Below, in pieces: positions 22,381-41,144 of a stretch of 64,000 nt of DNA (positions are counted from its first letter, which is position 1; every line of letters begins with the position of its first letter). Both the position numbers and the translations under genes were made by a program. The notes below the pieces were generated by a model. The model searched no databases. It was not told the DNA's origin and worked only from the letters and a program-made list of their open reading frames with translations. The DNA is from Macrostomum lignano (Eukaryota): positions 110,708-174,707 of the forward strand of contig NIVC01000948.1 in assembly GCA_002269645.1 (NCBI GenBank), given 5' to 3'.

Positions 22381-23833
22381 GCAGTGATAAGAAGTAAGAA
22401 GCACACAAAATAATTGTTTTTTTTTATTTAAGGAACAGCAATACTCACTTTTGTTTCAATGAACACATGAAAGCTTGTACATTTGACATTGTTTAACAAA
22501 TCGCTGAACCGAGCCCCATGTTCACGGAGCAGAATTTCTCAGAAGCGGAAGCAACACATTTCCGAATCGCTTTGCATCGCTCTAAATGGAGATTCCCTGT
22601 CGGATGGTGCCTCCTCATCAATAAAGCCGTACCCGTTGTACCGTCGGCTGTAGCTGCTACACCATTAACTAACGTGGAGAAACCAATCGCCGTGCTTGAA
22701 AAGGATGAGATATGCGACTCAGCTTCTATTTTTAACACTAAAGCCTTTTGGCATAGCAACAGCGAACTAACTTCTTTGTTTATAAATGTTTTTGTTATTA
22801 CCCTGACTTATACTGTTATAATTATTCTGTTAAAATTTTTGTTTTCTACACTTGATAAATTTCTTCGATAGACTAAAATCACTGTCAGACAAAGACGATT
22901 CCGAGGGTCGTGCGGCCCGCAAAATTGTGGAACAGCAGCAAATCAAATCCTACAAGGGATTATTTTTAACTTTTATCAATTAATAGATTACTACAGGGTG
23001 AATTCAGAGTTTCTAGGAGCCAAATTGACCACAGATTATTTTAGGTGAGCAATCCATAATATTCCTTCATTCATGGTCTACTTTATTCGTTGACATTTAG
23101 TTGATAGAAAACAGCGAGAAGAAGCGTCAGTGTTAGAAGGTTAGAAGGTTAACTATCTATGTTAGTCTAGGGGCGAATTTTTTTGTAGCTTTGACGATTT
23201 TAATGGCAAATAGGAATAGTTTAAAGCTATTTTTACTCTAGAAACTGCTTTTTGCATGCATGGTAAATAAATTCGCAGGAGGCTCACCCATAGTTAATTC
23301 TCAGGGTGCTCAGCCCACTAGGAACACTTTGTTATAGAATCTAGTCTAGAAGTCATTGAGTTTAACCATCATCAGATGCAGTTTAACCTCACCAGGTGTG
23401 CAACTTTGCAATAATATCACCTGCTGATTTCATGCCTCTGAATAATAATTACTTGATTATATGTAATTAGATTAATTTGGAGGATAGTTATTATCTCGGT
23501 AGCATGAACTGCTCACTCGATTACAAAATTACTGGTAAGGCATTTGAAGCAAACCAGAAAGCGGCGGTACAAAAGCGTACTAATTTGCTTCACGTTGAAC
23601 GTCGGCTCTTTTATTTGTTTAATAGCACTAAATATACTTATATACGGGCGTATATAAACTACGATTGCTTATTTAATCGCTAAAAAATTGTACTATTCTG
23701 AGCCGGGAATGTGTTGTCTATGGTAATTTTTTATGAGATTATTTTTGACAAAAACTAGGATATTATATCATATAATCTCCTCGAAAACAGGAGCATTATA
23801 TGGAACATTGAAGTGAACAAGTCAACAGTATAT

Positions 23834-24352
23834 TTAGCCACAAACACAACTGACATAACAACAAAACTTAGCATACTCAATTTGTTTGATTTCTCGCATG
23901 GCAGCATCTAGCGCACGTCGCGTTTCAGCGAACTCGGCGTCAGTCCTGATGGAAAGAGTCCGTTTAGGTCCGTAAACAAAGTGGTGTTGGATCGTGGAGA
24001 CTAGATCTTTGAGGCTGCCAGGTGGGAAATTTTCTCCGTTTTCTTTACGAACTTCGAACACAAAATACTGGAGCAAATGATTCAGGTCGGATTTCACGAG
24101 ATACTCGGTTGGCTTGAGAACCATGAGTCCCGACTCATCGCCTGCCAATTGACGATTGACGCGCGTCTCTTTCCATAGATTGGATAACTTCATTGCCCAT
24201 TTTTCCTTCGCTCTGGTAGCGGCAGGCAAACTTTCGTCGATTCGTTTTTTTAGAGCAGCTTCGTCCAGGGACTCAGCAGAAACTCGAGTTGTCGACTTAA
24301 CTCCGAAAGCAGCAAAGAAAGCGTCAAAATTTGAGTCTTCTAAGCCTTCCAT
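23834..24352 (-). mobile_element. Crypton/DUF3504-type (ZMYM/QRICH1/KCTD1-like) N-terminal region fragment
   Basis: PAATRAKEKWAMKLSNLW, LNHLLQYFVFEVRKENGENFPPGSLKDLVSTIQHH and FAETRRALDAAMREI match the recalled DUF3504/CryptonA pattern (FxxEvRkxdGxxYxPxSL...F...LdaxMk). No catalytic tyrosine-recombinase half seen. Confidence 0.7.
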
Positions 24353-25020
24353 ATTGTTTTATTGATTCTATTTCGATGAAAAAGCGATTTTGAATTCGGC
24401 TTTTACGTTTTGCCAAGGGTGCCACGGACTGACTGTCTGCTTCGTGACTGTATCTTCGTGAGAAATTTATTTATTTGTCTATGGTCGTAATAAAATGGTT
24501 TAAGCCTATATGACTTATCAATCAGATGGGATGCCCCGAAAAATAAGCAATCGAATTTCATATATGATAAACGCCGTTTAATTCTCGCTTCGCTCGCCTC
24601 GGGACCATTAAATACAGCCACGGAAATTCTAACCACAGAATGTGAATTAAATGGCGTTTATTATTTACTTAAAGTACACCGAGTCACTTAAAGTAGATTG
24701 AGACATTTAAAACAGACAGAATCCTTTAAATTACACGCACATACATTTAAAGCAGACAGAAATGTAAACTGGGCCGAGTCTGTAAAGTTGACCGAGACAC
24801 TTTAAGTAGATAAAGTCATAGAGACATTTATTTAAAGTAGATCGAGTCCTTTAAATTACAGGGATACATTCAAAGCAGACAGACATTTAAAGTAGACATA
24901 GCTATTTAAAACAGATCGACTCGTTAAAATCAAAAGCGAGCCAAGGAGAAAATGTGGTACTCAAGCTAGGATGAGTCACCCGAATCCCGAATGAGGTGAC
25001 CTCACTAGCTATTCATCGGG

Positions 25021-26675
25021 TCACTCGGTACGGAACGAGTCGCCTCTGTCGCCGAACCTGTCGCTCCTGATTGGCTGTCGCCGGGTGCGCCGGTCGGGCG
25101 GCCCCAGCGCCGCCAACCGCACGAGTTCGGCGCCGCCAAGCCGCCGCCGCTGCAGCCTGCGGCAGACGATGCGCAGCAGAGCGCACCGGAACGAGCGCAG
25201 AGCGAAGCAGTAAAGCAGGAAGTTCAAGCAGAAGCTGAGGCTCTGCATGCAGTTGGTGACAGCCTCGATGCGTCTGTACAGCCGGTTGCCTTCTAGGCTG
25301 AACGAAGCAACGTAGCTGGCGTTGTGCGAGTGCTCAGAACAGCTCAACAGCGAGTAGAGCTTCAGGGTCTCACTTGGAGCCACCAGAACGAGGAACATGA
25401 CCACGATGCAGACGAGGGTGATGGTTAGGGTTGTACTTTTGTCGCCTGAAAAGTGTCAGTGTGCGAGTAAGTTAAAAAATATGACCCTCTGCGGGGTCTG
25501 CGGGGTAGGGAGGGAATGCGGTTCTGTGTGTAAAGCCTGCGGGGTAGGGAGGGAATGAGGCTCTCTGTGTGTACAGCCTGCACGGTATGGAGGGAATGAG
25601 GCTCTCTGTGTGTACAGTCTGCGGGGTAGGGAGGGAATGCGGTTCTGTGTGTAAAGCCTGTGGGGTAGGGAAGGAATGCGGTTCTGTGTGTGTACAGCCT
25701 GCGGGGTAGGGAGGGAATGAGGCCCTCTCTGTGTGTACAGCCTGCGGGGTAGGGAGGGAATGAGGCCCTCTCTGTGTACAGTCTGCTCCTCCCGGTAGGT
25801 CCGCTACTATAAGAGCAAGAATCGCGGCCAAAGTTGCCAGCCAATCAAAATCAGTCACGTGACCAGCAAACATCTCTAACCCCTCCGCGCAACTTACTGG
25901 AACTCTGTATCTGCGGCAGGCTTATCGCAGTGGACGAAGCCAAGCGTGCAGGAGGCGTCATCTGCCGCCGCATGCCGAAGGCTCGCTTCACGCTAATAAA
26001 CAGCCGAGCGTTGCAGTACAGCAGCACCGCCAACGGCAGAAAGTTGCCAATTGCGGCCCAAAACGCCCTGTAGGCCGTGTCAATCACGTGATTGACAATG
26101 GCCACCCGCTCAACGTAAAACAGCTTTGCGTGGCGCCCAGTGGAGTTGCCAGGGGGCTGCAGGCAGGCTACGGACTTGTTGCCCCACAGCAGCGGCAAAT
26201 TGAACGCAGCTGAGAATGCAAACGCAGCCGCCACGGAAGCCTTGGTGCGGCGCAGGCTCAGGCGCCGTCTGGCTGCCAGCGGGTGGCAAACGGCGACGTA
26301 GCGCTCGGTGGCCAGCACGACTGTGAGCAGCGTTGAGGTCATGATGAAGGTGCTGATCACCGCGGCGTTCGCCCTGCCGTACAGGTGCGCCGGGCCGTTG
26401 CGACTCTCCGAGAGGTCTGGCGCGAAAGCGAACGGAAATGCGGTGATGCAGAAGAGCAGATCACTGGTTGCCAAGGCGACCAGGCCGTTGTTGGCGCTGC
26501 GCTCGTGCGGACCGAGGGAGCGGCGCATGGCTCGGTCGGTGAGCACCAGCAGGTTGAATGAGTTGCCCACGATGCCGCAGAGGCTGATGGGCAGCACGGC
26601 GAGCTCACTGGCCGCGATCACCGGGTCGCCGTTGACTGCGTACGGGTCCGGACAGCGGCTGGCGTTTGGCTGCAT
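25021..26675 (-). CDS. Class A peptide GPCR, FMRFamide/myosuppressin-receptor-like (2 exons)
   Basis: Exon 1 26675-25898 (GNSFNLLVL, LATSDLL, ERYVAVCHP, NFLP; GTAAGT donor), exon 2 25445-25021 (ITLVCIVVMF, LNFLLYC); phase 1 matches. Confidence 0.88.
25480..25780. repeat. ~38-40-bp minisatellite in the GPCR intron
   Basis: Unit ~ctgcggggtagggagggaatgaggctctctgtgtgtacagc. Confidence 0.88.
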
Positions 26676-26720
26676 CGGACTGGCGGAGCTGAAGGATGTT
26701 GAATGGAGTCTGGGACGCCG

Positions 26721-26890
26721 CTGAGTAGATGAAGCTCAGTTTGAGTTTGGGGAGCAGCTGAGTAGATGAAGCTCAGTGTGAGTCTGGGGAGCAGCTGAGT
26801 AGATGAAGCTCAGTGTGAGTCTGGGGAGCAGCTGAGTAGATGAAGCTCAGTGTGAGTCTGGGGAGCAGCTGAGTAGATGAAGCTGAGTAG
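26721..26890. repeat. 37-bp tandem repeat with internal hairpin (CTGAG-N9-CTCAG)
   Basis: About 4.5 copies immediately upstream of the minus-strand GPCR start. Confidence 0.88.
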
Positions 26891-28244
26891 CCTGATATCC
26901 AGACGTCTTGCTCAGCTCACAACAGCCAATGGCGTGAGAGCAGACATGCGGAGGCATGTGAGGTGGCCTAGCCACCTGGAATGGCTTTTTCTCAATTAAA
27001 AAAATCCTTGCCTTCCCGGCTCTGTCTCCTCGGTGCCAAGTTGGTCCTGATGTGTGCGCCTCCCGAGTCTATTTTATGAAGTAGGAATTAAATGAGAAAC
27101 AATGCTAAGAAGTGGCCACACCTTCAACTGGCAATTGGCTGCGTTGCTTTTTTTAGATTCTCAATCAATTGTCCCTCAGACTGTTGCTTCGAGCCACTAC
27201 TTTTGCACTTTTAGCTGGGAACGGCGAGCCTGCAGCTCCGCTCCCAGTCAATTATTTTCTACTACTCTCTGCAGATTAAAGTCGGCTTTTAGCCTTCCTC
27301 ATGTCTTAGTGCTCCCAATTAGCCATTGCTTGACCTGCGTCTACTCATGGACGGCTTAAACTAGAGATCTGGATTGGAAACAGGTGTAAAAAGACCAAAA
27401 ACACAGTAATTTTGAATATTTCTTCAGCCGAATCAAACTGTTTGAAGTATATCTCATTTTTGTAGTCTTACAGAATAGTTTGAGGTAGAAGATTGAAAAT
27501 TTTCTAGGCAATCCCAAAATAATGTCAACTTTATTTTAGCGAGACAAAAGTCAGTTCTCTGATTGCAGCAGAAGAGGAATCTAAAATTCTTTTAAAGTTG
27601 TAGACAAATAAAAACATTCTTAATTTCTAGTGCTGGTTTCCTTCTGTTCTGTCTTTGTTTATCGGTTGATGGAGCCTCATAAAACAGTCCAAGATCGAAG
27701 TCACACAACTGCATGGCGAATTCCGATTGTAGAGAATGACCTCGGATCATCCCTTAGATTTATTGCTATATGCTGGTGCGCAGAAGTTTGCCTGGCAACA
27801 AGAAAAATCTTATTGAATTCCTATTCAGCTCTGATTGGGAAACAGAGCTGAGTTGAGACTGGCGGAGACTAAGTCAGGATTTACTGCATCAATGACAATC
27901 TGTGGCACCAGCTCTTCTCCTCCGAATTTTCATTTCACTTTTAAATAAACGATAAACGAGTTCTGCGCAAATGTTTGCTAAATTTTTAGCTAGTAGTTTT
28001 AAAGCTTCTATTTGATTGAAACTATTTTTAGATAACTAACTGCATTCAAATTTCATCTCCATGCCTTAACTAAGCATTGTTGGACTTCATGAGCGGGCCT
28101 GGAAGCAAATTTAAGCAACAATGCGCTTTCATTGATTCAGTTCATCTGCGCGCTTGTGCTGCCGAGCGTCTGTGACAGCACCGACTCGCATGTTTACTGA
28201 ATCTTTTAAGTACGTGTTGTTGAGACAAAAAGGGAGAGGGATAG

Positions 28245-28600
28245 ATGGGGAGAAAGGAAAAGGGTAAGAGGGAGAGAGGCAGAGAGGGAGAGAGGGCGAG
28301 AGGGAGAGAGGGAGACATGAGAGAGGGAGACAGGAGAGAGGAGAGAGGGAGACAGGAGACAGGGAGACAGGAGACAGGGAGACAGGAGAGAGGGAGACAG
28401 GAGAGAGGGAGACATGAGAGAGGGAGACAGGAGAGAGGAGAGATGGAGAGAGGGAGGGAGAGAGGGAGACAGGAGGGAGGGAGAGAGGAAGACATGAGAG
28501 AGGAGGAGAGAGGAGAAAGGAGAGAGAGAGAGGAGAGAGGAGAGAGGAGAGAGGATGGAGAGGAGAGAGGATGGAGAGGAGAGAGGATGGAGAGAGACCG
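28245..28600. repeat. GA-rich low-complexity tract
   Basis: Direct reading. Confidence 0.9.
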
Positions 28601-28870
28601 AAATTCAGTCAAAGTAAGCCCATCATCGGCCAATGCTCAGAATCCAGAAGCGGATGTTAGCTGAATCCGCTTTAAAAATGAAGCCAATTTTGAGATGCTG
28701 ACAAAATTGATTTCTCAGAACAAAAGCTACACTAAACTGCAATAGAAAAGATGCTGTGCGCTTAAAACTGAGCAGGCTGCAGTCCACCCTACCACCCGTT
28801 CACGACACTGAGAGGGAGGCTTCGGGGCAAGCCTTGCTGCAATCCAGACTCCGGGTCAAGATCGCCATGG

Positions 28871-34075
<5,205 letters not shown>

Positions 34076-34193
34076 GGTTACAAGAAGGTTGAATAAGCTT
34101 CAGTGTTGATGACAGAGTAATGCTAAATATATTTAGGCACCCCCAGATACTGTGGCGTCCAATCAGAGTTGCGTGTACTTATTCGCGTAGTTA

Positions 34194-34532
<339 letters not shown>

Positions 34533-35013
34533 TCAGCTCAAGCCACACTCTCCACTCTCACCTCACCCGCCGAAGCTGGGGCCTTCTGGCACAAATTGCA
34601 TCGCACACAGTTGAGACAAGAACAGGGGCGTTTCAGAGAAGAAACGCCATGTTTCTTGCTAGCTACACACTTTTTAACGTCCTTTGAAACACACAGGTAT
34701 GAGCATATATGCCTCTGTAAGTAGTAACACTAGGTCTTCTATGATCAAGCCAATTATCTTATATTTTAGTCAATTATATAGGCCAGAACTAATGCTGGAA
34801 GAGATGCAATTTTTTTTGGATGAAAATAGAATAATCAATTGTCTTGTTAAGCTAAGCACTTGGGCGCTTCCAAAAATCATTTAGGGAAAGATTTACTTCG
34901 TCATTGAAGTATTTTAGAAAATGTCTTTGCTTGAAATAAATTAAAGATTAAAGACATTATCTCATTAGTGCAGAAGTCATTTGGACTTCTAAATCGATTG
35001 CCGAGGCGAATCG

Positions 35014-37856
35014 TCACTTCTGATTGACAGCTCGACGAGTCGGTCTGGGTAGCGGGGCAGGTGCGGTCACTTCGGAGACCCAGTCGGGGTGCACAACAAA
35101 GTTGCTGCGATAAGGCGGGCACGCGTTCTGTAAATTTGAGGTGGGTGGGCGGAGTGAGGTGGGTATTTCATGGCAGAGTGAGGTGGGTGCTCTATGGCGG
35201 AATGAGGTGGGTGTTTCATGGCGGAGTGAGGTGGGTGTTTTATGGCAGAGTGAGGTGGGTGTTTCATGGCGGAGTGAGGTGGGTGTTTTATGGCAGAGTG
35301 AGGTGGGTGTTTCATGGCGGAGTGAGGTGGGTGTTTCATGGCAGAGTGAGGTGGGTGTTTTATGGCAGAGTGAGGTGGGTGTTTCATGGCGGAGTGAGGT
35401 GGGTGTTTTATGGCAGAGTGAGGTGGGTATTTTATGGCAGAGTGAGGTGGGTGTTTCATGGCAGAGTGAGGTGGGTGTTTCATGGCAGAGTGAGGTGGGT
35501 GTTTTATAGCAGAGTGAGGTGGGTGTTTCATGGCGGAGTGAGGTGGGTGTTTTATGGCAGAGTGAGGTGGGTATTTTATGGCAGAAGTTAGGTGCGTGTT
35601 TATTTCGGAGTACGGTGAATGCACACTTTTCAAGATCTAGAGAGTCAATGTTGACTTGCAGGAATTGCCATGATGACCTTACCGTGAACCCGGAGCCGAG
35701 ATGCACATAGTCAGCTGACGTTCGCGCTGACTGCGCCCGCAACCTGACTGACGCGTAGTTGTTCCTCAAACCGTTGGACAGCATCGTTGACGCGGTTGCA
35801 CTGCAACGACATAATTTTGCGACGTAGATTCCCTCCTAACTACCTTATTCTGATTCTAATCCCAAAACTCAAGGCCATTTCACTCACTCCGCACCTCCAG
35901 ATCTTGGCAGTCGATGCGGAGTTGGTGGTCGAGTTCGCTTGCCAAAGGTGTGCCGATCCTCAGGCGGCGGCAGTGGCAAGCCTCTGACTTGTTGACGCAG
36001 CCCGCCACCTCGGTTGGAGGCTCCGACGGCGGCACCCTCGATGCCGAGGCCTTCGAGCCCGATTCCGCGGCTGCCACCTCCTCTGCTGGATCCGATGGCT
36101 TTTATCAGATTGTAGGCAACTTGCTTGTCTGCGAAGTGCAATATGGACGACCTCGTAGCAAGAGAAGATCTCATTACCGAGTCAATTTATTTGTTGGTAT
36201 GAAGCAACTCACCGTGTTCATTAGAGTTTTGCATCCAGCTAAGAATGCCTTTTTCTGCATCATCGATGTTCTGGAAAAGTATAATATTGTGTTATCGATT
36301 CGAAAAGATCAATAAGATCGGCAGCCATCCCATTTTATCGATCGACTAGCGACTCCCCACAGACTTGCAGCCACCCCAATTTATCGATCGACTAGCGACC
36401 CCCGCACAGACTTGCAGCCACCCCAATTTATCGATCGACTAGCAAACCCCCCAACAGACTTACAGCCACCCCATTTTATCGATCGACTAGCAACCCCCCA
36501 CAGACTTGCAGCCACTCCACTCGCCTCGTTAGCCAGCAGTCGCCCGCGGGCAGTGCGGGGCCGCCTGTACAAAGCTGCGTGCGGCAGCTCCTCGGGCATC
36601 GGCTTGCGCGGATTCTGCCGGTGCCGGAAGGCGCGCAGTTCTCGATCGCTGGCGCAAAACGGCGTGGCGCCCCGCCAGGTGAACCAATTAGACGAGGCTG
36701 GTCGCTTGGCTGGCTCTGCGGCCGGCGGTTCGCCCTTTGCTTCACCTGCCGTGCCGTCTTGCTTCAAATCCTCTTGTTTTGTTTCACGATTTTCCGGTAT
36801 TTTGCCTGGTAGCACAAAGGGTTTTAAAGGGATAATTCAAGTAACTAATATTCGTATGAGGACCGAGGGGCACACTAGCGCAACGCCTCCGGCGAGATCG
36901 CCCCACAGCCTGCACTGAGGTAATTCTGCCCATTCCGCTGACTCATGAGTACATGCAAGCGCTCACACAGGGTGTACAGCAGCCCTGACTTTCTAACCAT
37001 CAGGCATGTACCCTCTCTGAGCTGCTCGTGCCCCCGAGCTGCTCATTCTCACCAATTTGCTCCATTGAATCTGGCTGGGCATCCGCGAATCCCATCAGAG
37101 TGTCCGGGAACTTCTTCCCGTTCAATTCTTGCTGCTGAGACACTGCGACGATTTCAGCCTCAGGTGCAAACTTTGAGGACACCTGGGCGTATCTGGGCGT
37201 ACCTGAATGGCGATATGTCAGCATGATTGATGTCTGAGTGATTTCGCACTGTTCCCTGCTCACCACTGGTCACTCTGTGTCCCCTGCTCACCTGTGCGAA
37301 TACCGGGTCACTCTGTGTCCCCTGCTCACCTATGCGAATACCGGGTCACTCTGTGTCCCCTGCTCACCTGTGCGAATACCGGGTCACTCTGTGTCCCCTG
37401 CTCACCTGTGCGAATACCGGGTCACTCTGTGTCCCCTGCTCACCTGTGCGAATACCGGGTCACTCTGTGTCCCCTGCTCACCTGTGCGAATACCGGGTCA
37501 CTCTGTGTCCCCTGCTCACCTGTGCGAATACCGGTGGCGCTGCCCACCAGGCAGAGCTCATCATCGTCCATGCCGCTTGTCCAGCCTCGAGCGGTCGCTG
37601 GACGCCGATTCACCTGGCTGCCACCGTCTGCCAGCGAGCCGGAGGTCTCCGGGCGGGTCTGCTGCTGCCGCTGCTGCAACATTGGCGCCAGCAGCCGAGG
37701 AGGCGGGGGCTGAGCCAGCCGGTTCTCCGTCATGTAGTCACGCAGAGCCGCCCGAATCATCCCAGTGAGACTGCCGCGCTCCTTGCGGCTCAGGTTGGGC
37801 GCGTAGCGGGCGAGGAAGTCCTGAGTCGGGGTGGGTGTCAAATTTCGTGAATTTGT
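35014..37856 (-). CDS. Uncharacterised multi-exon protein (3' part; 5' exons probably at ~38580-39472)
   Basis: Phase-consistent GT-AG chain: 37856-37532, 37202-37053, 36805-~36464, 36128-35888, 35800-35683, 35127-35014 (ends SNFVVHPDWVSE...QK*). Candidate first exon 39472-39350 (ATG...GTAATT). The middle 5' junctions are unresolved. Confidence 0.65.
35150..35590. repeat. 24-bp intronic minisatellite (ggcagagtgaggtgggtgttttat)
   Basis: Direct reading. Confidence 0.93.
37255..37532. repeat. 38-bp minisatellite starting at a splice donor
   Basis: Unit ctctgtgtcccctgctcacctgtgcgaataccgggtca, ~7 copies. Confidence 0.92.
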
Positions 37857-37941
37857 CTAATTTGAAGAGGAGTTTGAAGAGGCGGTAGCGGAGGTGCGCA
37901 CACAGGGTGTACATCGGCCCTGACTTCTCATCTTCAGGCAT

Positions 37942-38550
37942 GTGTTATGAAGTTTAGGTGTTATGAAGTTTAGGTGTTATGGAGTTTAGGTGTTATGAAG
38001 TTTAGGTGTTATGAAGTTTAGGTGCTATGAAGTTTAGGTGTTATGGAGTTTAGGTGTTTTGAAGTTTAGGTGTTATGAAGTTTAGGTGTTATGAAGTTTA
38101 GGTGTTATGGAGTTTAGGTGTTATGAAGTTTAGGTGCTATGAAGTTTAGGTGTTATGGAGTTTAGGTGTTATGAAGTTTAGGTGTTATGAAGTTTAGGTG
38201 TTATGGAGTTTAGGTGTTATGAAGTTTAGGTGCTATGAAGTTTAGGTGTTATGGAGTTTAGGTGTTATGAAGTTTAGGTGTTATGAAGTTTAGGTGTTAT
38301 GAAGTTTAGGTGCTATGAAGTTTAGGTGTTATGGAGTTTAGGTGTTATGAAGTTTAGGTGCTATGAAGTTTAGGTGCTATGAAGTTTAGGTGTTATGGAG
38401 TTTAGGTGTTATGAAGTTTAGGTGTTATGAAGTTTAGGTGTTATGAAGTTTAAGTGTTATGCAGTTTAGGTGTTATGAAGTTTAGGTGTTATGAAGTTTA
38501 GGTGTTATGAAGTTTAGGTGTTATGAAGTTTAGGTGTTATGAAGTTTAGA
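37942..38550. repeat. 16-bp minisatellite (tgttatgaagtttagg)
   Basis: Direct reading. Confidence 0.95.
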
Positions 38551-39554
38551 TATTATTAAGCTAAATGGCTGCCCACACGTACCTCGGCTCCCACGCTGCC
38601 AGGTGACCAACTCATCCTCTGTCAGGTCCTGACTGAAGAGACGGCTATCAGCAATGCTCTTTTACTAACTTCGAACAAATCACTAATGAGGTGAAGGCAG
38701 GCAGGTAGCTCGCAAACTTGACCGGCTGGCGCTGCTCCGAAAAGCATTGAGTATACACGGCTAAACTAAAATAAACGCTTGAGGCGCTCAACTATGCCGA
38801 GTTGAAGACTCAAGAATCGTAGAGAACTCGTCAACTCGTAGAGAAGGACGAATAAGAATATTTAAACAGAGAATGGAGACAAGCATTGCTTGGTGCAAAA
38901 GACAACAGATCAGTTGCTGTGCAGTCTGGCGTGATGAAGAGTGCGGTGGCTTATTGTCTGTCTGCCTGTCTGTCTCTGTCAGCGTACCGACCCTCTCCTT
39001 TGCATTCATCTCATCATTTTGTGAGAGACCCAGCTGATATGAAGGCAATTGTTTGACAAATTTAATCTTGTAATATTATATGCATTATATATTTCTATGT
39101 TTCTACTTGCAGTAGAGTACTGAGGAACAAATTCAGACTTATCTGATCTAGTGTCAGTACTGTCGAATGGCTAAAGTGCATACACTTGCTCCGCTTGCTC
39201 AGGTCTTTTTGGCCAGAATATCCGCCCACAAAGTCAGATTAGGAAAGGGGAACTGCATCCTAATAAACGTTTTTCCTTAATTTTGATCCCACGAGGATCC
39301 TCGAACCAGGTCTACGGAGCACAAACGGTTTCTTTAGTAATAGAATTACCGCAGGTTGAGTTCGTCTGGGTGCCGGGCCTTTTGAAGCTAAATTGAGGCT
39401 GTCGAGCACTGCTGCACTGGGTGCTGGAGCGCAGGGGTCTGCGTGCTGCGTATTACAAGTGAGTGATTCCATGGTGACTGCTTCACTCTGCCTAACCTGC
39501 TATGAGGATCATGTTGTAGAGTAGCCAGAGACTCACTCGAACGAGTGAATCATA

Positions 39555-40325
39555 GTCCGAGTGACTCTCAGACCGAGTGACTCTCAGACCGAGTGACCCT
39601 GAGACCGAGTGACCCTGAGACCGAGTGACCCTGAGACCGAGTGACCCTGAGACCGAGTGACCCTGAGACCGAGTGACCCTGAGACCGAGTGACCCTGAGA
39701 CCGAGTGACCCTGAGACCGAGTGACCCTGAGACCGAGTGACCCTGAGACCGAGTGACCCTGAGACCGAGTGACCCTGAGACCGAGTGACCCTGAGACCGA
39801 GTGACCCTGAGACCGAGTGACCCTGAGACCGAGTGACCCTGAGACCGAGTGACCCTGAGACCGAGTGACCCTGAGACCGAGTGACCCTGAGACCGAGTGA
39901 CCCTGAGACCGAGTGACCCTGAGACCGAGTGACCCTGAGACCGAGTGACCCTGAGACCGAGTGACCCTGAGACCGAGTGACCCTGAGACCGAGTGACCCT
40001 GAGACCGAGTGACCCTGAGACCGAGTGACCCTGAGACCGAGTGACCCTGAGACCGAGTGACCCTGAGACCGAGTGACCCTGAGACCGAGTGACCCTGAGA
40101 CCGAGTGACCCTGACTATCAGACCGAGTGACCCTGAGACCGAGTGACCCTGAGACCGAGTGACTCTCAGACCGAGTGACTCTCAGACCGAGTGACTCTCA
40201 GACCGAGTGACTCTCAGACCGAGTGACTATCAGACCGAGTGACTCTCAGACCGAGTGACTATCAGACCGAGTGACCCTGAGACCGAGTGACCCTGAGACC
40301 GAGTGACTCTCAGACCGAGTGACTC
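39555..40325. repeat. 16-bp minisatellite (gaccgagtgaccctga)
   Basis: Homogeneous centre with variant edges. Confidence 0.96.
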
Positions 40326-41144
40326 AGAATGTCTCAGAAGAGTGTCTGAGAATTTCAGAAAGTCTCCCACACCGAGTAAGTAGCTGAACTCTCGTGAAGC
40401 AGTTGAGCACTACGGCGGGCACAGTGGATGAAGCTGTTGCATTATAATCTTGAATTAAGTGGCGAACTGGAGCTGGAAAAACCATAAATTCAAGAGCAAT
40501 TCGAACCGCGGCAGGCAGTCACAAGCCAAGCAATCAATCAACTCTAAAGTCGTCGTGAACAAACTTCGGAGAGGGAAAGGTAGAGAGAAGGAGAGAAGAG
40601 GTGTTGGGAACAGGTGAACCAAAAGGGAATTGCTTTGCAGCATCCCAGCCTTCATCAACTTGAGCAGGCGGGCTTCACGGCCTGTTTGTTCATCAGCCAT
40701 GGAAGCTGCATGCAGCTGAAGCCGAAGGGTGCCGCGTATCGCACGCACGATAGCCAGACTTGATGAAGCCTCGTTTTTTGCAGCTTCTTTTTGAGTTCTC
40801 CTTTGTCCGTCCTGTCTATCTAGTCTGCCTAGCCTTCACAAAACTGCCATATCTCTATTGTTGTAGTTGCTATCCAATGCTGGTCCACTCATCTTGAAGT
40901 AGTGCCCCTTTGTACGAGTATTATAGTAGCGACACTTAAATATGCATGGAGATGTGCACAGCTGGGGAGATTGTGATTAGATGATTAGATGGCAACCAAG
41001 TCAAAGTTTTACTTTGAAACTGTTAATTAAATTCAGATTTTCTATTAAAAGCACAGTTTTGCGTCTTTTAAGGTTTCACGAACTCCTCAAGGGAACTCTG
41101 AAAATTTTTAATTGCTTCACGCAAAGCATCGGGTTCACTAATTC

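Noticed and set aside
26721-26890. Hairpin-containing 37-bp repeats (and other 28-40-bp arrays) resembling CRISPR repeats
   Set aside because: Units are contiguous with no unique spacers, there are no cas genes, and the context is eukaryotic.
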